Assembly: GCA_038496445.1 (NCBI GenBank)
Contig: JALMLS010000234.1
Span: forward strand, 1-64,000
DNA from: Trichosphaerium sp. ATCC 40318
Lineage: Eukaryota > Protista > Tubulinea
Direction: 5' to 3'
Length of the DNA stretch: 64,000 nucleotides
Shown here: piece after piece, positions 36,434 to 48,120 of the stretch
Layout of the letters: every line of letters begins with the position of its first letter
How positions within the stretch are numbered: position 1 is the first letter of the stretch
Notes under the pieces: model-generated
The model's input: only the letters and a program-made list of their open reading frames with translations
Database searches by the model: none
What the model was told of the DNA's origin: nothing
Translations under genes and position numbers: made by a program

Positions 36434-38932
36434 TTAAACAGCCGACCGAGTTTGTGGTTTGTTTTTTTAGGCCTTCCGATCCTAGAGTTTCTGTTAGTAT
36501 CCTCCAAGTAGCATAGTATGCAGCAGTATAATTAAGAGCGGCTCATAGTGAAACGTTTTTGCGTTGAAGGCTGCTTTACGTGCTTTTTCGAATTCTATTT
36601 TCGAAAAAAGAAAAAACTGTACCTTCGTTCTTGTTTGCGCTGTAGTTCCAACAAAGGCATAAATTTCATCTCTACTTCAGCACTAAGTAGTGAGTATAAT
36701 TGCTCGTGACCACCGAGTGGTTCTCTAAAGAAGAAAATTAACACCCACGTAAAAGAATCTTGGAGATTGATCAGCGTACCGTAGTTTCTCCATGTATCCA
36801 GAAATGAGTCGTACAACGTAGTCAAGTTGTAATAATAACACATCACGTGGTAGACTAGTGACTTCAGATGTCTGTTCACTATCAGGTTCACCACTCTACA
36901 AAGGAATTAGTCATAAAACTTTTTTTCCAGAAATGTCAGAAACACGTACAGCCAAGTCCTCCAGAAAACTATTCACTTTGTCTTGATATTTCTCAATGAG
37001 ACCATTAAGTGGTTCCATGTATACTTCTTTCTGGCCAAAGAGGACTTCATTAGCCAAATTCTGAATAACCTTTGCAATAAGAAGTAATTGTCTTCTAGTT
37101 GCAGAGTTCGGGGCACCTAAAAGCAATTAACAAACAATCTATTACTAAGCCAAAGCAAAGAAGCTTCCCAATATACAACAAAAATAATAGCTAGTACAAT
37201 CACAGGTGAACATGACCAAAAAACGCGCTTGGTTTTTCAAAAAATATATGTACATTCCATCAAAGTGCTAACGTACTCTCAACAAGTCCATAGTTCTGTG
37301 GAGTTATAAGTGCAGGACATAAAAATCTCAAAAATATGAATCCTCCTACGGCCTAGTTTTAAAGTAATAAGTAAAACAACACTCAAACAATAAAAATGAC
37401 AACTATTTGTGAGTACCTTCATTTTTGCTTGTGGAAATTTTTGTCCGACAGTTTCAGCTAAATGACGAGATATCTCTCTTAGAGTTCTTCAAAACGAGTT
37501 AGATTTCCGGTTTATAAAACCGATGTTGAACAGAAAATATGATACTCACCCAGGGCATGCTTTTGCGGAACCTAGTACTGCGTCCAAAAACTTTTTTGTA
37601 TTTGTTTTGAGTATTTGTATGTTTTCATCTGGATCTTCGCCCTCTTTCAATTTTTGAGGGTCAATCTAAGCGCTCGTTAATTAATAACTATACATGCAGC
37701 CATGCACACGGCTACAATAAAAATAAAACGAGACAAAACCGTTGAAAAAAACCGAAAATAAATCTTGTAAATGTACCTCAACTCTAACTGATGAATTGCA
37801 TAGCTCTTGAATTAGAGGACCCCAAACAGTTTCTATCCAGTACAATCCGATTATGCGTGTGAATTCTCTCATTAGCTTTGTTGCCATACTATCTGCACGG
37901 AATAACGTTGAAGCACGCGCTAATAACATCAGTTTCGTAATTTCAACAAAGTTGGCTTCTTACCCGTTAATTGCACTTCATCTGTTATTATTTTTCTTAC
38001 AAGAGTATCCAGTTGCTTATCCTCCTTGAATATAGCAATGAGAGCAGCTGAAAGACGCGATTCAAGGGTTATTTTTGATAACGCTCTTATTAATGTGGCT
38101 TGTGGGTGTACTATAGTCTAAAAGCGTTTATTAGATTGTTGATAGTATATAAATCGCTAAGGAATGCAGTTTGGTGCATTCGGAATGGTGAATTTTTGTC
38201 ATAAAGTTGAGAATTGAGAAAGGCTGGATATAAACACGTACGTTAACCAAATTTGAGTATTTAATGTACTGGACTTTGAGTCTTAACTCTCCTAACTTCT
38301 TTTTCGACTTCTTTTTGCCTTTTGCTTTTATTTTGACCCAAAGGTCCTTTGTTTGTTGGTCTAGAAACTGGGACATCTGAATTGTAACGGCACCCATGAA
38401 TACGGCTTTTTGAGAGTATGTTAGATAGTTCTACGATACTGATTTCTTAGTTTGTTTTCGTTCTATGTACCTTTGTCAGGTTTGCTGTTGTCTGTGATTG
38501 TCATTACAAGAGGTTGCGTAGGGTCTACTACATCGCTAAAATAATGCGTTGGTGAGCGATTTCGCAAAATAAAAATTGTATGGTATCTAATAAACATACA
38601 GTACAAACTCTTCGTTCCATGTGGGGTTCACTGTCTTTTTTAGGACTTTAGTTGTGTATGAAATACCATCTTCACCTAGCGAAAAACTGCAACAAGGATC
38701 TGGAGCGCCTACAAATAGGTTTACACGCGTACTCATTTAACAGCGTTGCTAGTGTAAACCAAGGACAGTTCAATTAACAACCGTTTTATTACGTACTATT
38801 GGAGTCAGTCGGCCTTAGACCCTTAGCCATTTTGACTGTTTAATAAGATCAGTTTGTGAGCAAGCAATTACTGTTAAACGCACCTTGAAGATACATTTTA
38901 CCAATGTCCCTAACTGCTGCATTATTTGCCAT
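36434..38932 (-). CDS. C2-domain RasGAP
   Basis: N-terminal C2 (APDPCCSFSL, KKTVNPTWNEEFV); LFRADSMATKLM, VGGFIFLRFLCPALITP, RRQLLLIAKVIQNLAN. Confidence 0.92.
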
Positions 38933-39057
38933 GATTTGGGTGCTGATCAAGAGCTCTAGCGCATTTATAAAAAAGTTGTTTGAACCTCTGTGAAAAAGCT
39001 GCACAACAGTTTTGACACAAATTCAACTATTGTCTACTACCCATTTCGTTGATTGTG

Positions 39058-41905
39058 ATGGCTTCAGTCTGCTTGACATATATAACGAGGTTCTATGGAC
39101 TATGAAAAAGGATTATACTGTCACATTCGTTGTTGGGTTTAACACATGCAGATAGCGCCAAAATCAGCTTTTATAGTCTCTGGCGTATCCACGGTAATTA
39201 AGGGGAAGCCTATTTTTCATAAAGAGCAACAAGTCATCTTTGAAACAGTAATTGCGCCACGATTACGCGTACAAGTACTAAATGATTGGTACAAAATAAC
39301 TGTGGGAGCTGTCATTGAAGCTGGTGGAAGACCGTTCATCAGAAAGTACGAAAACTAGTCGATACGCAACCACTTAGCGTAGAAAGGCCCAAATAAATCA
39401 GTTCATAACTTTCTACAGTTAGAAAGTTGTACTCTAAATTTTTACCCTCTAGTTATGGTCATTCGATAGCGTATGCGTTAAAGTGTTTATATCCGACCTA
39501 TCCTTGGGAACCCTGGAAGTTCACGTGCGTACCACCTTTTGTTTCTAAAAATGACATTTTAAAAACTAGTTCGTATCTTTGGCACCTTTATTTACTTTCT
39601 GGCTTACTTTAATTATAGAAATGCACCTCATAGGTACGTAATAATGACAACAATCTAAGGAAGGTATTTGATATTTTAATAGACACTGGCAAGACATTGT
39701 AAATCAACGTGAAAGTATAGATCGACTTGGGAAGAAGATGCGTTTGAAAACTTTAGCTGATTGGTACACAGTGGACACCGAGAAGGTTATCAAATATGGC
39801 GGTCGTCTTATCATGAAGCAGTACATACTCACTATTAACTAAACATCTGACCTAATAATCTAATCTTAGATACGGTGGGTCGTTAGCACATACAATGCAA
39901 ATTATTTTTCCAGAGTTTAACTGGCGACCTTGGAAGTTCACGTTTGTAACCATTTATTTTGGTTAGTATTAATTAATATATATGATAGACGGGCTCCAAG
40001 GCAACACTGGACTTCTAAGAATCAAAAAAGAATGCTATTCGAATCTATAGCAGCAGATCTTGACTTAAAAGACCTAAGTGATTTCTACTCAATACAGAAT
40101 TATCAAATTTTTGAGCAAGGCGGAAGAGCCGTTCTATGTAATTTGTACGTTATCCTTGTATGACCTTTTTAACTACTATAATGCATATGTATTTATACTG
40201 TGATATTAGGTATAGCAGCTCATTGAAGAATGCTCTGACAGACTTGTATCCAGACTACGATTGGATACCTTGGAAATTCAGGTTTGGTTTTTTAAGATCA
40301 AAACAAAAAATCAATCACTGTCTCACCACGTGAACTAGTCGTGCACCATCAAGGTTTTGGCAATCAAAAGAAAATCAAAGAGAATACTTTGATGTTCTTG
40401 GTAAAAAGCTTAAAATTAAACAGCTGGATGATTGGTATAATGTTAAACCTAATATCTATTCAAACTTAAAAGTGATGACACTCATTAAGAACTTGTACTA
40501 CTAATTACCATTTCTGACTAGTATCACTGAAACTATTCCTAATACATGTTTTAGTTATGAAAGCTCTCTTGCAAAAGCTGTGATGGCTATATACGATGAC
40601 CATAACTGGACGGCGTGGAAGTTTATGTAAGGTTCATTTTTGAATGCACTCCACATACAATTCGTTTCAGCTTACTTGCTTGCTAATCGCTCACACACGC
40701 TTACTATTTTGCTAGTCAAATACCTACAGATTTTTTCGTATCAGAGAGCAATGTAGCTTTATTTTTAAGATGTACGACATGCCAACAAAGCTTTCGCCTT
40801 TTTTTTTCTGTTGCAACCACTTTTTTTCTAATGTTATTTGTTTTGCTTGTAGATGTTGGACGTACATTCAATATATCATCTCCAAAGGAATGGTATCGTA
40901 TATCAAACCAACAAATATGTGATGAAGGAGGTTCTAGACTATTAGTACTGAATCAATGGAGACAAGTCTTGACTGAAATGTATCCAACTGAACAATGGAA
41001 TTGGGATCTATTCTCTCTATCTTCAAAGAAGTCTTGGCAATGGTACGTAATTAAAAACTTCATTTGTGCTATTGAAGGCTAATTTAACATAACATAAATT
41101 CAATACAACAATCAGCTAGCTATAATTACCGTTTGCTACGATTTTCTTTTCGTTTAGATCTGCGTACCAGCTCATCTTTTTTTTTTCTAGGCAAATGTAT
41201 AATACTGCCTGTGAATTATTTCCGAATATTAAAGTCGTAGAGGAGTTTAATATTATGCATCTAACTGGATATCATACAGCTATGATGGTTGATGTTTTTA
41301 TACCAGATTATAGCCTAGTTCTTGAGTACCAAGGTACGTGGTATACTGCTTAAAATAACAGCTTAATCAACCTAATTTTCGGTGTTGTTCTCCAAGTCTG
41401 TATCACGTGATCATTAACGTTTTTTGAAGGTCGTCATCACTATGAAGATCTTGCCTACTTTGGACCGACGCAAGCGCAAACAAAACGTGATTCAAATAGA
41501 ACACGGATAATAGAAAACGCAGGTACATTAAACACTACGATGATGGAATTCAAGCTTTGTTGCCTTTGGCTTAATTGACAATTAGGTTTAACGCTTGTGC
41601 GAATACCTTTTTGGTGGAAGGGTGATAAAGAGAGTATAGCATCTACCATTGTATTTTATAGGTAAGAAAAAGAGCATTACTGCTTCCAACTCGCGGTGCA
41701 ACTTTTTATGGGTTTTTTTTTTGGTTAACTTGCTTTTGTTTTTTCTAGGCCTGATATTCAATTGAGTGTACCTCCTGATGTTCCGCCTCTGGTAGAGAGA
41801 TCACGTGTAAAATATTTCAAATAAACTAGTGAAAAAATAATTGAAGGACTACAGAGCGCATCTTCTAGAAGAGACAAAATTAGCTTGCGAAGAAAGAAGT
41901 TTTAG
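39058..41905 (+). CDS. Five ~70-aa DWY-GG-WKF repeats fused to a C-terminal PD-(D/E)XK (RAP/DUF559-like) nuclease domain
   Basis: Repeats such as HWQDIVNQRESIDRLGKKMRLKTLADWYTVDTEKVIKYGGRLIMKQYGGSLAHTMQIIFPEFNWRPWKF; C-terminus MMVDVFIPDYSLVLEYQGRHHY...KRD...GLTLVRIPFWW; start codon uncertain. Confidence 0.8.
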
Positions 41906-42050
41906 TTTTTCGTTCCATTCAGAAATACGTCGTTTAGATTTGTGATTTTTTCAGAAATTTATGGTGAGACATGTTTAACAAATGTGAATAGTGAAGTTTT
42001 TATTGACATTGGTGGGCTGTGTTTACATTTTTGTGAAAAAATTGGGATAG

Positions 42051-43344
42051 CTATTGTGAAACAATTACTTTAGCTACAGGGATCATTGAAACAGATAGTG
42101 TTGGTTCACCTGTAAGACCTAATGATAAAAAATATTAGTATCAAAGCGTACTTGATAGAAGGTAGCCAATCCATACCTTTTTTGACAAGTGATAGTGGAA
42201 ATACTTGTTGCTGAAATGGCATTATTTCGTTTAATGATATTGTTGTTAATGCCATTGGTTTCTTCTTACTCATGAGTTTTAATGTGACATCAGGACTATA
42301 GTTAGATACTATGATAGGCTTATTCCATGTAGGTTCTGCTGACTTCTTTGCACAAGCTGCTGTTTTACCAATAACAACATCATTTATTGAAGCTTCAATA
42401 TGATACTTTTGTGCTAATGACAACGGATTAACAATAAAATAACAAGCTAGAAAAACAAACCTTTTGATAGAGAAGAAGCTCCGTGAAGCATCAATACAAA
42501 CTTTGCGTCATTTGTTGTATTTGTACCATGTACAACTTCAACTTTACTAGAGCAAGAAAAAAATAAGAAAAACTAACTACTGCAAAAAAACCAGTTTATA
42601 CGACTTACTGAGCAGATCCTTGGCCAAGATTTAACTGTGGAGTTTGTGGCAAAATACCTGTATCCTGATTCTTTCTAACTTCTTCATTACAAACTTGAGT
42701 TCCCTCAGAAACAAGTTTGTTTACTTGATTTAAGCCAGCCATTAGTTGTGAGGGAGGTGCTCTACTAGCTATTCTAAAACACGTGATTAGTTATATTTTT
42801 ATCAAATAAATGTAAATACCTTTGTTGGAGTTCCACATTTGGTGTTAATACGACAACTGCGATTAACATGCCAGTAGAAAAAGGAACATGTAGTTCAATG
42901 TACATATTTTCTTGAAATTGAGCAGTTTCAACCTCTTTGTTCTCTGATAAAGTTCCAACCTGTTTAAAAGGTACAGTGTTAGTTTCTGGGCGTAGGAAAA
43001 GCGGTTGGAGTACCTTTAAGGTAAATCGAATTTTAACATTCCTGTTTCTTATTGTCCACTTGAAATCAGTATTCCATGCTGGATTTGGGTCCTAGACATC
43101 GTTTAGAACGGTTTTAAACTGTTTTTAGTTACCGTCTTGCGTTCCGTAGTCATTAACCGTCCAATGGCTCCAATTGGTTTTCCGCTTACTTGTACCGCTT
43201 TACCACCTTGATCGTTGAGTACAGCGTGTACAATACTGTAAAAAGAGTAAGTTAACGGTACAAAAACTCTCCGCTTTCTCAAAATGAGCTAGAATATACT
43301 TCAATAGCATTACACTTATCGTACGTTACTTGTATATCAGTCAT
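42051..43344 (-). CDS. Tandem C2-domain protein
   Basis: RLMTTERQD-PNPAWNTDFKW and KTAACAKKSAEPTWNKPIIV C2-type segments. Confidence 0.6.
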
Positions 43345-44273
43345 TTGTTGTTAGTGGTTTGTAAGTTTAAGAATTTTGATAAAAAAGGTATTGGTCGGGA
43401 CTTCATTGAAGTCGAGCATTTGACCCTATAAAGTACCCAACTATATTACCCGGGTTTTAGATACTGTAAACAAACGTTCTGTTTGACACTCTTTGTATTT
43501 TGATCTTAGATGTCGCTTTTTCATTTTATGACCAAATATGGAAGTAGAAGGTTGGGTTCGTAAACTTTCACGATATAAATGAATACCAATAAGATCGTAA
43601 GGTCGGTCAATACGCCAGAGAATTGATTATGTCGTTGATCCAAGGTATTGTGCCCGTTAAAGGCAACATAGTGCCGTGACAAGTTAATTGTTGCAAACTT
43701 CTATGATTTCGGTGCGCATTTTCTCAGCGATGAAGCTGAGCTTGACGGTTCTTCTAAAATTCTTTTGTTTGTTGCCTTGTCATCTTGACATGAATGAAAC
43801 ACTTCAAGAAAATTGCACTAGTCTTATTAATGAAAGTGTACAAGACGCGTATACACGTTATTGACCAACTTGAGAGATTTCACAACTCCTCCAGTTACAA
43901 ATGCATTCACTCTTACCTCCTTTAAACGCATAGGATAGGATCACTGAACGCACAGTCCGTCCACCAAACACTCTACTAGTTGAGAGTCGCTTGGTTTTAT
44001 TGAAGTCTTTGTTGGTAGCGTGTTTACTTGATAGAACCCATCCATGTTCCAGAGTCTCAAGGAATTAAGTAGGCAAAAAAAAAGCTATCAAATCCAACGA
44101 ATTCGCAGCTCTGGACTCAATGAGTTCATTGAGAATTTGTGTTAAAATCATAGCTATGGCACATTCCAGACTCAATAAATTATTGGTTACGTACAACGGT
44201 AAGTAAAACGAGATTTTGACATGCCAAAACAAGTCATTTCTCTATATTTAACCAAACCAAGCTCCTTACACTA

Positions 44274-45344
44274 ATGTCTGGTACAGTAGAAATATACGGT
44301 TCAAAAACCCTAGAACGCTTCACAGACGGTATTTTACTAAAAGGCTTTCAAAACAACGGCTGGACAGCTACAATGCATAGCGCTAGTGACAATATAACAT
44401 ACAAAGCTGATTTAATACTCCTGCAACTTCACGGAGGGCCACATGCCGAAAAACAAGATAAACTAATGCTGCAACACTTAAGACGCGCCTCAAACAGTAA
44501 AAAAGCTATAATTGTGCTGCTACACAGACCAGACGAGATACAATCGCGTCACCCTGAACTATCTATACTGTTAAATGACTGGGAAGGTAAGCCCATGGCC
44601 GTTGTGTTTCTTGGGGATCTTCACATTAAAGACGTATTTTATCCGAACAAGCACAATATTTTAAAATCCGTAATTCCTCACGGGTTTTTTGACTTTGAAA
44701 AGACTTTGACAGAGTCACCGAATATTCTTATTGGTAGTCACACTACGTGGGGAGAGATGAGATCAATTGAACACGTGCTACAACTTCTAGGACACGTGTT
44801 TCAAAACTCAAAAGAAGAAAGAAGTTCAGTTATTGGTTACATTGGAGGAAAGCCTACTGAGCTAGTTTCACTAAAGGCAATAGCCCAAACGCATGCTATG
44901 ATCATTGATAGATATGGAATAACATTGATAGATGATAAAGAATACAATAGTATCGGTGTCAGTGATAAGAAAAATGTTGTCGTTGTAAACACAACAACTG
45001 ATCCAATTGATGTAACATTTAATGTTCAGATGTACTACCTTGAAGGCTCAGTACGTACTGGTGAATCTTCAGGAAGCCTTCATGCAAGTCAAGGTATACC
45101 TGTGATTATAGAAATGAATGGTTCAGAAAAGATAGAAGGTCTAGAAGTCATTAAAGTGCCATACTCTGATGGTTCTGATATAACCACAATTGACTTACAA
45201 GCAAGTGCTGAAACGATCATCAAGTGGTGTAAAAGTGGATACTATAAGAAGGCTATTGACATAAATACAAAGAGATCTAGAGTATGGTATAATACAGCAG
45301 TAGCTAAAGAGTACATTTCTTTATTTTCAAAGTTGCAACAATAA
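44274..45344 (+). CDS. Intronless GT-B (GT4-like) glycosyltransferase-like protein
   Basis: 356-aa uninterrupted ORF; VLLH, VIPHG, ESSGSLHASQGIPVI and C-terminal WYNTAVAKEYISLF match GT4 layout. Confidence 0.6.
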   Translation: MSGTVEIYGSKTLERFTDGILLKGFQNNGWTATMHSASDNITYKADLILLQLHGGPHAEKQDKLMLQHLRRASNSKKAIIVLLHRPDEIQSRHPELSILLNDWEGKPMAVVFLGDLHIKDVFYPNKHNILKSVIPHGFFDFEKTLTESPNILIGSHTTWGEMRSIEHVLQLLGHVFQNSKEERSSVIGYIGGKPTELVSLKAIAQTHAMIIDRYGITLIDDKEYNSIGVSDKKNVVVVNTTTDPIDVTFNVQMYYLEGSVRTGESSGSLHASQGIPVIIEMNGSEKIEGLEVIKVPYSDGSDITTIDLQASAETIIKWCKSGYYKKAIDINTKRSRVWYNTAVAKEYISLFSKLQQ

Positions 45345-45562
45345 AAAAGATTGATTCTGTTTATAATTTTTACATGAAAAACCAATAAATTCCCATCATA
45401 CTACATACCTTGGGTGCAGACAGCCCTCAAAAGGGTTCTATCAACAGCTATTATTGCTAGCAATTACAATCTCGAGCGAGTTTAAAATTCTCTGGAGTGA
45501 CCCACGTGAAAAAGGTGCAAAATTATCACGTTTCCGAAGTTGAGCCAAATGATATGACATGG

Positions 45563-46021
45563 TTAGCGTTCCTCTTCTTCGTCAATATGGTGTTCTAGTA
45601 AACCTTCACCGCTTTCTTGTTCAATAGGAGAATGTCTTTTCGGTCTGCCAAAATAAAATCGTGCGCAGATACTGATGGAAAACATGAGGAGAGCCATCGC
45701 ACAAATTGAGAAAAATCCTATCAATAAAATGTTTGTAGCTTTTGACGTTGGATCGCAACAGTTTCCTTCACAGCAATGCATTGACACGCAGCAATGAACA
45801 TCACCGCAACAACTAAGCGAGTTTTAAGCACTTATTAGCAAAAACAGCACAACAATTAGTTTAGAGCGTAATTAAACCCATACGTTGTAGAAGGCGCTGA
45901 ACAGGTGACATTCCCACAAGTAACGTTTATTTCGTGATGACTCTGTCACGTATTGCGTGAGCAGGTTCATTTACGCGTATATACTCACCGTGAGCGTATT
46001 AAAAGAGCCGTGTTGATACAT
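45563..46021 (-). CDS. Small Cys-rich single-pass membrane protein (Shisa/WBP1-like layout)
   Basis: CCGDVHCCVSMHCCEGNCCD followed by TM helix ILLIGFFSICAMALLMFSISIC. Confidence 0.6.
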
Positions 46022-46136
46022 TTGTAGTCTCTCCTTTGTACTGGCTTCAATTTACTTCTCTATAACCTAGGTCGTCACTCTGCACTGCTAGTCATCAATG
46101 TGGCATTATATTAAGCCAAACGCGAAATGTTGCGAA

Positions 46137-46922
46137 TTAAGGCGACAAAAGTTTAAACTGCCAATCTTGTGATACGTCCGTTCGTGAAAATACAAACCTG
46201 TCATGAAGGCGGTAGTCTCCGTTCTGCCAAAATTCAATTGACGTTGGCACTACCCGAAAACCACCCCAATGAGGAGGTCGCGGTATCTCTAAGAGAATGT
46301 TAGAGTTACGAGACTATTAAAGCAACGCACGTTCTGCTTCGGCGTATTTCTCCGTTAATTGATTGTACTTTGCCTCTAATTCGCTTCTGTCTTTGATTTC
46401 TGAGCTTTGATTTGATGCCCATGCTCCAATACGCGACCCTACTGACAGTCAGTCTTGTAAACGTTTTATATCGCACCTTTCGACCTACTGTCATAGTACG
46501 CAGTAGATTCAGCGTCTGTCATTTTTTCTACGTTGCCCTTGCTGTTGTTAGTGTTTAACAGCGTAACTTTCTTACCTCTATACGTATTTGGCGATGAATT
46601 TCTTCCCAATAGAACACTAGTGCTGCTCTTGGGTTTGCGATCAATTCCTTTCTGACGGTGTCAGTTAAGACAACAAATAGAACTGTTTTACGTCATACCC
46701 TTTTCTACTGGTGTAGTTGGTGTAAAATTCGAACCCTTTGTTGGAATGTTTTTTAAGAAGCACCATACGCGCTGAAGGTACGCCCTCAGTGGTTGAGGTG
46801 CATAAACACATTGCGTTGTGTTGTTTTTCTCCCAAGGCCTTTTCAGCAACTCCAAACCAGGTACTGAACGCTTTAAAAGGTCCTTGTGCCCGTAAGGTCT
46901 TTGCTGTAGCGATAGCTGCCAT
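46137..46922 (-). CDS. PNPO: Pyridoxine/pyridoxamine 5'-phosphate oxidase
   Basis: [46 protein letters not shown], ends WQFKLLSP. Confidence 0.95.
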
Positions 46923-46994
46923 CGTATCGATGCCTTCACAAATCGCTTAACTACAACTAACTTACCAAAAAATTCAAAAACAAGATAAAGCACA
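46923..46994. promoter_or_regulatory. 72-bp divergent intergenic region between PNPO and HU starts (putative bidirectional promoter)
   Basis: Head-to-head ATGs at 46922 (-) and 46995 (+). Confidence 0.5.
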
Positions 46995-47559
46995 ATGTCA
47001 GGCGCTCGACTAATTGCACATCTGGCTATGGTACTTAATAAGAAAGTAATACCTAATATTAGAGGTGGAAAGATAAGCAATCAACAAGCCTGTACGAGTT
47101 TTTTTTAATTTTTCTTTCAATGTAACAGTTTTTTAGCCATGGTCGCTGACGAAGTAATCTCCTTTATGCGTAAATCAATTATGGAAGAAGGTTGCTACCG
47201 CCAATCTGCTTTTGGCTCATTCCTTGTCCGGTACGTTATAGAACCCATATCGCACAAATACTAGCGTTTTTACCTGATTTCTATGGACAACATATAAAAC
47301 GCTCTAATAACTTACGTACACTCGCTCGAGCATACAATGGTGTTATTTTATAGTTCATAATGCTATACTACTCAAAATATCGTTACTAATCCTTTTTGCG
47401 TATAGAACGCGCGCACCACGTATGGCTCGTAACCCTAAGACAGGTGAAGCTATCAGTGTACCTGAAAAGAACGTTGTTGTATTCAAACCTTCAGCATCAT
47501 TCAAACAGATGGTCCTAGAAGCTAAACCATACGTAAAGGCTTCAGCAAAACCAGAGTAA
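46995..47559 (+). CDS. Bacterial-type histone-like DNA-binding protein HU/IHF; exons 46995-47091, 47137-47230, 47406-47559
   Basis: Spliced product MSGARLIAHLAMVLNKKVIPNIRGGKISNQQASMVADEVISFMRKSIMEEGCYRQSAFGSFLVRTRAPRMARNPKTGEAISVPEKNVVVFKPSASFKQMV...; FGSF and RNPKTGE are the HU/IHF signature. Confidence 0.9.
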
Positions 47560-48120
47560 CTTCAACGTTTTGTGAAGTCAACAAACAACCAAAAGAAAAC
47601 GAAAAAAAAAATTCCGTATGTCAAAATGAAAAAGATTTGTACAGAGAAAGACCTGCTGCTTATATTCAAGTGTTGAAAATAAAAAATAAATAATGAAACC
47701 ATTCTAACGAGCCTTGTTGATTATTGCACCACGTGATGTTAAGTAAAACTGTTTGAGTGAACTCACTTGTTTTGTTGGCATTTGATAATTTTGGTAAGGT
47801 GAAGTCAGTCTTGCAAATCCTGTACAGAGAAACACAGGCTTTAGCAAATTGAACGAGATGTCACGCTTTCAATACGCCATGTTGTTAGCTTGTCAAGTTG
47901 TTACATGCCTTCGGATTGTGACTTTAGGGCTGTAGTTGTTTGTTGAAAAAGAACCATAAGATAGTTCCTTTTTGAAGCACTACTGAACTGTTCGTTGGTC
48001 ACAAATAGAACCTTGCAACCGAAAAGCGCGCTGAGACTACGTATTGCTAACTTCAGACAAATCCGTCAAGTTTGCCTACCAAATCCTCAATCACATACAA
48101 ACCAAACAATAACGTTGCAA

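Noticed and set aside
43400-44270. Gene-free interval upstream of the glycosyltransferase as a hidden gene
   Set aside because: No convincing ORF or spliceable exon chain recognised
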